Source: Octopus vulgaris
Lineage: Eukaryota
Reading direction: 5' to 3'
Assembly (NCBI GenBank): GCA_951406725.2
Contig: OX597818.1
Coordinates: forward strand, 18,724,001-18,788,000
DNA: 64,000 bases
The notes below the pieces were generated by a model, which was not told where the DNA came from, searched no databases, and was given only the letters and a program-made list of their open reading frames with translations. Below, piece after piece: positions 13,250-25,730 of this stretch. Both the position numbers and the translations under genes were made by a program. Within the stretch, counting starts at the first letter, position 1. Each line of letters opens with the position of its first letter.

Positions 13250-14558
13250 CACACATACGCTTGCACACACGCACGTATGCACGTAAACACGTACAAATCT
13301 TCATGCATGTTATACACACACATATATATGTATATATATATATATATACCTACATACCCATACGCACACAGCTACATGTATAAGTATAAATATAAACACA
13401 CGCCACCACAAACGCACACCGACATATGTATGTATATAAGAATGTGCTTGTGCACGAATTTGCATGTATGTATATGTATATAAGCTTGTGTGTAGATGTG
13501 TGTGTGTGCTTGTGTGTGTGTGTATGTGCTTGTATGTGTGTGTGTGTACTTCTTTTCCCATCTATCTATCAGTCTCTGTACCTTTCTGACTAGGTAATTA
13601 TTAAACAACTTGTCAACTTCGCCGTCAGTCTGTCTGTCCGTCGATCAGCCATTTTCTTTCTTCTTTCGCTTCTTTTCCTCTCAGTACAGAGAGAGAGAGA
13701 GAGAGAGAAAGAGAGGGAGGGAGAGATAGAGATAGAGAGAGAGAGAGAGAGATGGAGCAGACAAACAGACAAACACACACACAGTGACACGCACACACGC
13801 ACACACAGACACACACACGCACACAGACGCACACACAGACACACACACACACAAAAGTACACACGTAAACACAAACAAGTACACACCTAAACACAAACAC
13901 AAGCATATATATACATATATATATATATATATATCTGTGTGTGTGTGTGTATACGCGTGTATGTGTACGCATGTATTTATATTTATATATGTGTACGTGT
14001 GTGTATGTATATCTGTGTGTGTGTGTGTATCAGCGTGTGTGTCTATGCGAATGAATACCAGTCGGTTTACTATATTTTCCATCCATTCATCCATCCGTCT
14101 ATCCATCTGTTAAATTTTCCATCTTCGTTGATATATGTGCAACTCTATCGTTATGTCACTCCAATCTTCATCTTCTATGCATACATGAATATATCGACGT
14201 ATGCATTAATGCATTGTATGCGTTTGTTAATGTATGAATTTATGTATGTACGAACGTATGTATACGTGCATGTATCTACATATGTTTCTGTTAATCTATA
14301 ATATCTGTATATGTAAATGTGTGCTCGTGTGCATACGTCTACACACACGCACATGGGCACACACGCACACGGGTACACACGCACACACATATTGCATATT
14401 TCTATATTTTTGTGTGTGGACATATATTCCTATGCGCATGTGCGTGCCTGTGTGCGATATATGTGTGTGTGTGTATGTGTCTGTGTGTGTCTGTGTGTGC
14501 CTGTATGTATATACATACATGCATATATATATATACATATACATAGATACACACACAC

Positions 14559-14596
<38 letters not shown>
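13250..14596. repeat. compound (CA)n/(TA)n/(GA)n microsatellite field
   Basis: Directly visible. Confidence 0.85.
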
Positions 14597-14785
14597 GTGC
14601 AGGAGTAGCTCTGTGGTAAGTAGCTTGCTTACCAACCACATGGTTCCGTGTTTAGTCCCACTGCGTGTAGCTTGGGCAAGTGCCTTCAATAGAAGCCTCG
14701 GCCCGGCCAAACACTTATGAGTGGATTTGGTAGACGGAAACTGAAAGAAATCCGTCGTATAAGTATATATGTGCGTGCGTGTGTG

Positions 14786-14835
<50 letters not shown>

Positions 14836-15030
14836 TGTGTCTGTGTTTGTACCCCACCATCGCTTGGCAACCGACGCTGGCGTGTCTACGACCCCGTAAT
14901 TTGGCGGTTCGGCAAGAGACCGAGAGAATAAGTACTAGGTTTACAAAGAATAAGTCTTGGGGTCAGTTTGTTCGACTAAAGGCGGTGCTCCAGCATGACC
15001 GCAGCCAAATAACTGGAACAAATAAAACAA
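14597..15030 (+). mobile_element. tRNA-derived SINE, family A
   Basis: Colinear with 1613-2008, with an expanded internal (TG)n. Confidence 0.85.
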
Positions 15031-15132
15031 AATTCATATATATATACATACATATATATATATATAAAAATATGTATATATATATATATATATGTATCTA
15101 TATATATATATATGTATATCTATATATATGTA

Positions 15133-15437
15133 TATCACCGTGACCGACCAGGCTATCAGATGTTTCTACACATCGCTGGTCACAATGCACTTCGCATTGT
15201 TTTTTAGCCTTCAAATGACGCCACCCCACTGGCTAAGCGAGCAGGTCAACAGAAGAAAGAGTGAGAGAAAGTTGTGGCGAAAGAGTACAGCAGGGATCGC
15301 CACCACCCTCTGCCGGTGCCTCTTGGAGCTTTAGGTGTTTTCGCTCAATAAACACTCACAACGCCCGGTCTGGGAATCGAAACCGCGATCCTACGACCGC
15401 GAGTCCGCTGTCTAACCACTGGGTCATTGCGCCTCCA
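15133..15437 (-). mobile_element. tRNA-derived SINE, family C head with an alternative 3' half
   Basis: A box TGACCCAGTGG, B box GGTTTCGATTCC; 5' half matches 48507-48809 and 57469-57773, 3' half does not. Confidence 0.8.
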
Positions 15438-15787
15438 CCGTTGCTGTTGTTGCTTTCGTTGTCATTGTCGTTGTTGATGTTGTTGATGGTGTTGTTGCTA
15501 CTGTCATTATTACTGCCGTTATGGTGGTGGTGATGATGGTGGGGCTGGTCGTTGTTGTATATATATATATATTATATATACACACATATATATAAATTTA
15601 CACACACACATATAAATATATAAGAGGCATATAATTATATGTGTATGTTTGTGCGACTGTGTACGGATGTGACTTTTAGAAAATGTGCACACACTCTTTT
15701 AAACAATTGATACGGCTTCCCCTATTAATACGTTCTTCTGTTACGTATCCCTCTATATGAATGTCTGTGTGTGCGTGTGTGAGTATA

Positions 15788-15827
<40 letters not shown>

Positions 15828-15852
15828 GTATATACATATATATGTGTGTACA

Positions 15853-15883
<31 letters not shown>

Positions 15884-16194
15884 ATGTGTGTGTGCGTGTA
15901 TGCAAATATGCGCACAAACATATTACGCGGTAACAGTTCTAAGAAGTGGTGTGCATAACTACAAACTTCTTGCCTGTTTATAATATGCTTTAGACGTTTT
16001 CGAATATGTAAGAAAGCTATTCACTTAATTTTGTCGCGGAGAAAATTTATAGCAGCAGACAGAAATGCATTGACATACGGAGTTAGCTCGCTGAAGACCC
16101 CGTAACCAGAATGACATGCTTGTATGCATGTATGTATGTATGTATGTATGTATGTATGTATGTATGTATGTATGTATGTATGTATGTATATTTT

Positions 16195-16611
16195 CTTTTA
16201 TTTTTTCTTTTACTTGTTTCAATCATTTGACTGTGGCCATGCTGAAGCACCGCGTTTAGTCGAACAAATCAACCCCAAAACTTATTCTTTGTAAGCTTAG
16301 TACTTATTCTATCGGCCTCCTTTGCCGAGCCCCTAAGCTGCAGGGACGTGAACACACCAACATCGGTTGGTAAGCAAAGGTTGGGGACAAACACAGTCAC
16401 ACACGCACACACACACGTACACACACGCACACACACGCACACACACACATACACATACATATACGACGGGATTCTTTGAGTTTCCGTCTACCAAATCCAC
16501 TCACAAGGGTTTGGCCGGCTCGACACTTGCCCAAAGTGTCATGAAGTGGGACTGAACCCGGAACCATGATGTTGTGAAGTAAGATTCTTACCACATAGCC
16601 ATTCCTGTGCC
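16195..16611 (-). mobile_element. tRNA-derived SINE, family A
   Basis: Reverse complement of the family A pattern with a small internal deletion. Confidence 0.85.
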
Positions 16612-16695
16612 TATACATACATACATACATACATACATACATACATACATACATACATACATACATGCATGCATACAGACATACATTCATACATG

Positions 16696-16766
<71 letters not shown>

Positions 16767-16787
16767 ATATATGTATGTGTGTGTGTG

Positions 16788-16823
<36 letters not shown>

Positions 16824-17779
16824 TGTGTGTGGGGGGTGTATACGTACATTTGGAGAAATAGATATAGAACAAGGAAAGGAACAATATGTGAACCCGTTTT
16901 AATAGTTTATATATTGTGTGTATGTATGTGTGTATGTGTGTGCGTGTGTGTGTATGAGAGTGTGTGCATTGTGTGTATGGGTGTGTATTTGTGTATCTGT
17001 GTATTTCTGAAAATTTTAGTGAAAGTTAATCTAGCTTCGTTCCGGTGCAATATCTTCAAATTAAATTTCATGAAAATAAGTTATTTGCCAGTTTAACGTA
17101 TATTTCTCTCATTGCTCCTGTAACATGCAAATACAACAAATCTGACGTAACTATCTGCGACACACAAAAAACAAAATTCTACATGTCAAATACCGTTTCA
17201 TCTAGATCGTGGCACAGTTTACAGATATGTGGGCTGTGTAGCCGGTGACTTAATATTGTGAACAGGCTACTCTTTACCTATATATTGGTCAACATAATTC
17301 ACTATTTATCGCATCAGGAAGACCGGATGCGATTCGTCGTTTCCTTATTTTTAACTTTCAAGAAATCCAGTCAGTTGGGAACATTTTAAAAGACTTGATA
17401 GCTTTTTGCACAACCCTCTCCTATTGGAAAAAGCCATACAATCTTATCGAGCATCGAAGGTGATACTCCAATCTCCCATTTACACTGAAGAGCGGGTCAT
17501 TCACTGCCACTTTTTGCCCACATTTTTCCAACAAACATTTTGAATATTTTAAATTCATTTTCATTTATAAAAAATTCTTCACCTATTTGCCGCGTTGCGT
17601 ACCGAAACTGCTAACAGCATATTTACATGATTCGTTTTCCTTCTACTTGTGTTTTCGTTAATGATGTTGGTGGTGGTGTTGATGGCGGTGGCTTTGCTGT
17701 TCCCATTGGCGTTGATGGTGCATTTCTTTAGACTTCTGGAATTTTGTGCTAATGGTGACTGGAAAGTCACTTAATGCAC

Positions 17780-19345
17780 GTTCAGATTGTTTGGGGCTAG
17801 CTCTTAGGGGAGGAGGGGTACAAAAGACTCGCAAGCTTGCTCAGAGATTTTCAAATGTCTGACAGGTACCGACTGGATTTCCTGAATGTGTGAGTGTGGA
17901 CATCGACGAACTGCACCAGGCCATCTAGATCGTATCTCGGTTGAGTATTACGCTAGTTAGTAGGTAAGGAGAGTATAAGTTGTCCAATTTTAAAAATCGT
18001 CGGACACATAGACCACAAATTTGGAATCTGCACGGTCGACTTAGATGGACTTCTTAGGCATTGGCCCGGATACTGGAAGCTGAACGCTCACTTCCCTTGT
18101 GTCAGGATTACAGAGACCGGATTAGCGAATTAACCAAGCGGGCGCTGACGAGGTCAATTGTCAACAAGAAATTATGATTTGCTCTGAAAGTGGGAGTTGG
18201 AATAGAATAAATTAGATTTAGTAAGCCATTAGCAACAGAAAGATATAGAATAGTGGGAAATTTAGAAACTCAGAAGAAGCGCTTAGGAAAGTCATCAAAA
18301 TCGACGTGTTCGTGGCGCGATTGGCCCTTGACCAATTCTTCAATATTAAGTACAAAGGGTGCATTGTTTGAGCTAAGGTACGTGTTCTAAGAAAGGATAA
18401 AAAGAAAACCGCTCGATTGGCCCGAGTGGCAGAGGCGCAACTTGACAACAAACCCACAATCTGGTCTTTGGTGGACCAAAATTGGTGCAAGATACTCGAG
18501 ATCTAGCAAGTGTGTATGGCATATCAGCATCACTTCGCTCAATAGTGTGGGACGAATGGCAGTCTAGAACTCAGGATGAACTTCAGTGCCTTTCTCGACG
18601 GCAAGCCAAATCTCTCGGCAAGCGGGACGGAGCATTGAAAAATGCTGATAACAGCAGCAGAAATACGAGATGCGATTATGGGCTGCACGGGGGTGCAAAT
18701 AACCTTCTTTGATTGCCCTACGAGCTTTACTTTTATATGCCGCTATTAGGAGCGGGGCGAGAGAATTTCTAGTTCTGTGAGTCGAGGAGCGGTGGCAGTG
18801 CTGAGAAATGACCCACCCAAAACGCTGCTGAAGGTAAACTCAACAAGCTTGGCCTAGGGGTCAGCAAAGAGGTTGACGCTTGTGTGTGTGTGGAACAGAT
18901 TGGTGATGCACAAACATGTTCAACTCCATGCGGATCCATTCAAGACAACCTCCACCTCAGGAAATACAGTGAACTTTCTTCTTTGACCAATTATCTCATC
19001 AACGTTTTCGTGAAAGAGGGAATTCCTGTACCCCAGTAATTTTGTAGAAAGGTGGGTGAATGTAACGCGAATGGCCCGATTCAACGGGACTACTCTAACC
19101 ATGCGCCTCTAGATTGAAGGTAGATCAAGAGAAGGCACTTCTCCGAGAGTCCAGGGCGATCGTAATTTTTTATGGGTTTCTACGAGCAGTCACGGGGAGT
19201 CTCCCTTTGGTGGGGGGGATTTTGATTGTTAGAATATTATTTATTGTTCTTTTGTTTACACGTCTTGTTCCCACTTTGTATTATCCAGTTTTGTCCCCTG
19301 TGTTTTTTTGTGAACCCTTAATAATGAATAAAGAAACAACCTAAC
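17780..19345 (+). mobile_element. decayed 3' part of an L1/Tx1-like LINE
   Basis: GC-richer coding-like block with many stops, C-terminal FVERWVNVTRMAR-like stretch, T-rich 3' UTR ending in AATAAA plus an A-rich tail; family assignment tentative. Confidence 0.45.
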
Positions 19346-19380
19346 AATAATTCTGCTTGTTCCTCCGTTATTTATTTACA

Positions 19381-19848
19381 TAGCCCATATATAACGCCTG
19401 CATGTGATTAGTTGAAGGGAAAGGCGAAGAGTGAGAGAAAAAGAGGGAGAGAGAAGCGTCCATGACATGAGGTAGGGGGACGTAATATTACGTGTTTAGG
19501 TTTGGTAGCCTTCAACTAATACTATTTCCTCTGAGACCCTGCGGCGCAAGTTGACCAAAATTGAGAGTATGATAGAAGGCTTGCTCTTCCTTCCGTACAA
19601 GAAAAAATTCAAATCGGACCATGTTAACACCAAAAATTATTTACACCACAAAGGTGCTTTTTTTCTATGAAAATTCCTATTTTTTACGATTTTTTGACTG
19701 CTGTGTCGCCATTTTTCGCTGTATTTTAACCAGAAAAATGTTCACTTAAAGAGAATAACAAGCTACCTAATGCAAAATTTTTACTTTTCAAAAATTCCAA
19801 TTCTAAAGGGTCGAAACAAACCCGAGCAACACCAGGCGATACTGCTAG
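19381..19848 (+). mobile_element. non-autonomous Helitron (5' end approximate)
   Basis: 3' end ACAAACCCGAGCAACACCAGGCGATACTGCTAG|T (hairpin relic plus CTAG) is shared with 56538-56824. Confidence 0.6.
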
Positions 19849-20403
19849 TTTATTCATAAAATGTAGATGACAGACGCTGTAAGCTAACAACAGAAAGAAT
19901 GAAACCGAATAGGAAATGACGCAAAGGCAAGCAGAAGGTTGAAACATTAGAACAAGCACGGGAGCATCAGCGAGCAGAAGGGAAAATATGTATCAAAGAG
20001 TATAGAGTGAGTGTTTACAACAGATAAGGGGACATATTCAAGATAGAATATAAAATGTAAACCAGAGAGAACGACAAAAAAAAACCCTGTATACACACGG
20101 TTGAAAGTTACATTAGTGACGTGAATATTCTCTGTAATCACTGTAACGCTCTTAGATTTATAAATTAGCCTCTGAACTTCCGACAGTATGGTAAATTCAA
20201 TATGGTATGCTCCTTCAATTACAGCCTTATCCAGAGAAACTGAAAAGTGTTTTTAAACGAAAATTATGCAGAAGATACAATTTATAAAGGAAGGCTAATT
20301 TTTACGTCTCTATATAAACTTACAACCATCTAAGAATTTTTTTCTTTACCTTTGAATTGCCACAGGTACTCCTAGTCATTATTATTGTTATTATAATCAT
20401 TTA

Positions 20404-20610
20404 GGCGGCGGGTTGGCAGAATCGTTAATACACCGGACAAAAATGCATAGAAGCATTTCGTCTGTCTTTACGTTCTGAGTTCAAATTCCGCGGAGTTCGA
20501 GTTTACCTTTTGTCCTTCCGGGGACAATAAAATGCGAACCAGTTGAGCACTAGGGTCGATTTAATCGACTTACCCCTTCCCCGAACTGGCATTTTGCCGA
20601 AGTTTAAAAC
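20404..20610 (+). mobile_element. tRNA-derived SINE, family B
   Basis: GGCGGCGGGTTGGCAGAATCG A box, GAGTTCAAATTCC B box, GGTCGATTTAATCGACT motif shared with other copies. Confidence 0.75.
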
Positions 20611-20794
20611 TATTATGACGAGTTTTTCATCTTTCAATTTTGTTTCTTTTCCTTGCCGTATGTCTTCCCGACACCTAGGGCAAAGAAACTCGCTGTATAC
20701 ATTGATAGGCCATTAAATTAAACAAACCAGATTATTCATATAAAAAATCAAAGTTGTTGTGGGTGTTGTTGTTGTTGTTGTTGTTGTTGTTCTT

Positions 20795-21397
<603 letters not shown>

Positions 21398-21600
21398 AGC
21401 AGCGAGCTGGCAGAATCGTTAACACGCTGGACGAAATGCTTAGCGGTATTTCACACGTCCCTATGTTCTAAGTTCAAATTCCACCGGGATCGACTTTGCC
21501 TTTCATCCTTTCGAACTCGATAAATTAAGTCTAGTACTGGGGTCGATGTGATCGACTATCCCACTCCCCATAAATTCCAGGCCTTATGCCTAAAGTGGGA
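21398..21600 (+). mobile_element. tRNA-derived SINE, family B
   Basis: Colinear with 20404-20610; CTTTCATCCTTTCG...GATAAATTAAGT central motif. Confidence 0.8.
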
Positions 21601-21619
21601 AGATTTATTATCATTATTG

Positions 21620-21650
<31 letters not shown>

Positions 21651-21728
21651 TATTGTTTTACTGTTATATTTTGCTTTCGCTTTGTCTTTGGTCTTTTGAG
21701 TTATTATTCTTGTCGTTAATTCTGAATT

Positions 21729-21778
<50 letters not shown>

Positions 21779-21859
21779 AATCAGAAGACTAAGAAAATAT
21801 ATCATACAATAAAGAACTAAAACCAGTGAGGTATTGAATATATAAATGCCCTGAAGCTC

Positions 21860-21898
21860 TACCGACGTTTCATATCTTGCGATTCTCTTGAGGCGTAC
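21860..21898 (-). ncRNA. degenerate minimal hammerhead relic
   Basis: CUCAAGA-GAAUC(GCAA)GAUAU-GAAA-CG-UC; core G5 is mutated; close to a (TA)n tract. Confidence 0.35.
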
Positions 21899-22415
21899 TG
21901 AGAAGAATGAATAATGCAGTTGATTTGATATTTATAGTTCATAGCTAAAAACGAAATAAATGTGAAAATAACAATTAATATTTATAACGCAAAAAAAAAA
22001 AAATTAAAAAGAATCCATTTAGATCGGACCTGCTACACGGGTGCATTTGAGATATAAAAGCGGCAAGTTTATAGAGAATCTTAGTCAAATAGCTAATGGA
22101 CATATAATGAAATGTAAAACAGATAATGCAATTATTTCTTTTAAAAGCAAGTAAATTTAATATGTTATTGACTTCAAGTAGTAACGAGAAATTATTCCTA
22201 CGGGTAAGGTTTTAAATCACGCAAAAGCAAATTAGATAGAACGATAGCTAGATAGACAGATAAATGGTAAAAGATTCACGTATCACATTGATCTAAATTG
22301 TTAAAAAATAAAGACAGATATGATCTAAGAATGGTCAAAATTAATTTAATTGATGATTACTAGTTATAGTTACACCACAATTGTCCGAAAGAAACAAACG
22401 ATGAGAATTTTGTTC

Positions 22416-22790
22416 GTATAGGCATGGCTGTATGGTTAAGAAGATCGCTTTTGCAATCACGTCATTTCAGGTTGTTTCACTACGCGGCAACTTGGGCAAT
22501 TTTTTGCTACTATATTCACCAACCGACCAATGCCGTGTAAGTGAAGCCCGGCATCGACACGTGAGTGTGTATGCGTGCTCTTAAGTCTGTATTTGTCCTT
22601 CATCCGTATCGTTTGAAACCGATGTTGATTTGTTTACCGTCCTGTAACTTATAGGTTTGTCAAAAGAACCAGATAGAGAAAGTACCCGACTTACAATGTA
22701 AGTACTGGAGTCGATCACTTCGATTAAACCTTTCAAAATAGGATTCCTGCATAGCCGCAGTCTAACGACTGAAGCGAATAAAAGCAAAAT
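22416..22790 (+). mobile_element. diverged SINE, family A
   Basis: GGCATGGCTGTATGGTTAAG head and CATAGCCGCAGTCTAACGACTGAAGC tail. Confidence 0.65.
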
Positions 22791-23292
22791 ATAAAGCTAA
22801 GTGACTTGATCGTAAACAAAAAAAAGCCATGTTAAACATAACTACGTTAAATAAACCGTATAGAGATTGTTGTGCAATCTTTATAACATTTTAACATGAA
22901 CCTGACGCTGTATGACTTCGCTTTTTAGGTCAGATTGTTAATAATGTTTGCGTCCTCGTAACAGACGTAAAAACAGTAACCAACTCTATATAATTTTTAC
23001 TTGAAACAAAACTGTAACATGTATTATGGTACCATTGATTCTGACAAGCTTTATTTTTACGAGTTAAAATTATTTTTACACTGCGTAAGATACAGACTAA
23101 AATGGAACAGACGAGTTGACGGTCGCTTGGTTTTCCTGACAGCTGTAAACAGAAGACGCTATGGTCGTACAAGAGCCAGTATCATTGCCTTAAGAAAGTG
23201 TTTAAAATGTTTTCAGTAATACAAATAATTTCAACAGTTAAAACATAGAAGGCATATAATAGACATATTAACCACTGCTGGAAAATCTTAAG

Positions 23293-23690
23293 ATAAGTTA
23301 ATTTTGGGGCTCAAAAAGCAAAAAGCAAGGCCATGTAGGGGGACATGGAGTTATGTAAAGGGAGGGTGCTCATGCAAAGAGTTCAGGCCATTTCTGGTCA
23401 AGAGAGACTTTGAACCGAGCGGTCGCCGGCATCTTCACCATCTCGTCCGGCAGCTTATTCCACGGATCCGCAACCCGGACGGAGAAAGCCCCTCTTCTTC
23501 GATTGAGATGAAATCGTCGCAGATAGAGCTTTTCGGAGTGAAACCGCAGCCGACGCTCTGGAGCAGGAGTGAAGAACAGCTCTTTCGAGAGGTTACACTT
23601 TCCGCTTATGATGATGTGAGCGAGAATGAGATCACCACGGCGTCGTCGTTTTTCTAGAGAATAAAGGTCGAGCGTCTTCAGCCTGACAGT
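23293..23690 (-). mobile_element. CR1-like LINE 3' fragment
   Basis: Minus strand reads HLNRRRGAFSVRVADPWNKLPDEMVKMPATARFKVSLDQKW, matching the CR1 ORF2 C-terminal FS.RV...WN.LP...FK..LD motif. Confidence 0.8.
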
Positions 23691-24312
23691 GATCAGTTCG
23701 CAAATGGTGCAACAAAAATTGTGACACCAAGTAATAAATGTTTAAGTGAACTTAGACGTTTTTTATCCGTTTTATTTTCTCTTTTTTTGAGGTAGCTAAT
23801 ATGTGTCATGCATGCTGTAATTGTTTTAGCATCAACACACAGTCTCAGATCAAATCAGTTTGGCAGGCAATTACATCTCCTAAATTCACTTTAGTCTATT
23901 GCAAAAAAGAAGACATGTTTACATCAACCTAATTCTCGAGCTTGCGTTATACCGAGTATGGCTAATTATATATTCATTGGACTTTGATATTTTGTTAGAA
24001 TAATCTGAAATTCCGATAATTGATGTTCAGATAACCGATCGCCAATTATCTTAATTAATTATGTACCAACAGAATACATAATTTATGAAACGAATTAACC
24101 GGCAAAAGTGCACAGATAAAAATTCCGTATAATATATAGTCATATATTATTGTCTAAACATGTTAAATCAAAAATATATACATGCAAAAATGCAACTAAA
24201 TATATAGTTTCTATTGTATATACATATTCCCGGCTCATATGCATACACACACACACCATACACGCGCGCACATGCACGCACGCACATGCACGCACGCACA
24301 CACGCACATGAG

Positions 24313-24620
24313 AGGGCTCATTGCACAGTGGTTAGAGCATCGGGCACGCAATCATAAGGTAGTGAGTTCGATTTCCAGGCCGGGCTGTGTGGTATGTTCT
24401 TGTGCAAGACACTTTATTTCACGTTGCTTCAGTTCACTCAGCTGTACAAACGAGTTGCGACCTCACCGGTGCCAAGCTTTATCGTCCCTTGCTTTTCCCT
24501 TGGATAACATCGGTGGCGTGGTGAGGAGAGGTTGGTATGCATGGGCGACTGCTGGTCTTCCATAAACAGACTTTCCTGGACTTCTGCACCGGAGGGTAAC
24601 TTTTTATCGGTAATCCCATG
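24313..24620 (+). mobile_element. tRNA-derived SINE, family D
   Basis: TTGCACAGTGGTTAGAGCA...GAGTTCGATTTCC head; GCAAGACACTTTATTTCACGTTGCT..AGTTCACTCAGCTG shared with 60595-60902. Confidence 0.7.
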
Positions 24621-24658
24621 GTATATATAAATAAATAAATATATATATATATATATAT

Positions 24659-24794
24659 ACTCTTTTACTCTTTTACTTGTTTCAGTCATCGACCCCGGGA
24701 CTTATTCTTTGTAAGCCCAGTACTTATTCTATCGGTCTCTTTTGCCGAACACACCAGCATCGGTTGTCAAGCAATGCTAGGTAGACAAACACAA

Positions 24795-24863
<69 letters not shown>

Positions 24864-25028
24864 TACGACAGGCTTCTTTCAGTTTCCGTCTACCAAATCC
24901 ACTCACAAGGCATTGGTCGGCCCGGGACTATAGCAGAAGACACTTGCCCAAGATGCCACGCAGTGGGACTGAACCCGGAACCACGTGGTTGGTTAGCAAG
25001 CTACTTACCACACAGCCATTCCTGCGCC
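24659..25028 (-). mobile_element. tRNA-derived SINE, family A
   Basis: Reverse complement of family A with two internal deletions. Confidence 0.85.
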
Positions 25029-25160
25029 TAATAATGTATATATAATATATATATATTTATTTATTTATTTATTTATTTATTTATGTATTTATTATGTGCT
25101 CTTTTCAAGCCTAGCCAGGCTCATAGGCCCGGTTTCTCTATTAATTAATAATAATAATTA

Positions 25161-25202
<42 letters not shown>

Positions 25203-25204
<2 letters not shown>

Positions 25205-25698
25205 GTATTTTTACGATGCTCTGAACTGGCAACAGCGAACCCAGCAGGTCAACTGTAGAAAACTGGAAGATCTACTGTTTACTGTAAGTAATTTGAATTA
25301 CCCTCAAAATAAGTAAAAAAAAACTTACATATCTACAGCTCATACAAACGTACACCTAACAAGAAAAATTAGAAACATAAATATCTCCAATTCTGTGTGA
25401 ACATTTACATTTAGTCGTCTCTCATGACTATAAGAATGTGTAAAATTGCCTTTTAAATTACCTTTTATTGTAACAACACAATTAAATGCACGATAAAAAG
25501 TTATGGAATTAAGCACCTACTACTATATACATACAACTGAATTCAGAAATTTAAAAATATATACATAACATTGAACTCAGAAAGTTATTTAAAAAAAGAA
25601 AAAAAAAATCTTCGACGAAAACATCAGATAATATGTGTGAGTGAATATACATATATATACATATACATATGCATGTGGTGAAGAAGAAAAGAGAAAGG

Positions 25699-25730
<32 letters not shown>

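Noticed and set aside
25203-25330. HDV-like ribozyme at the 5' end of the Dong element
   Set aside because: Known in some R2/R4 elements, but I could not build the nested double pseudoknot from this sequence
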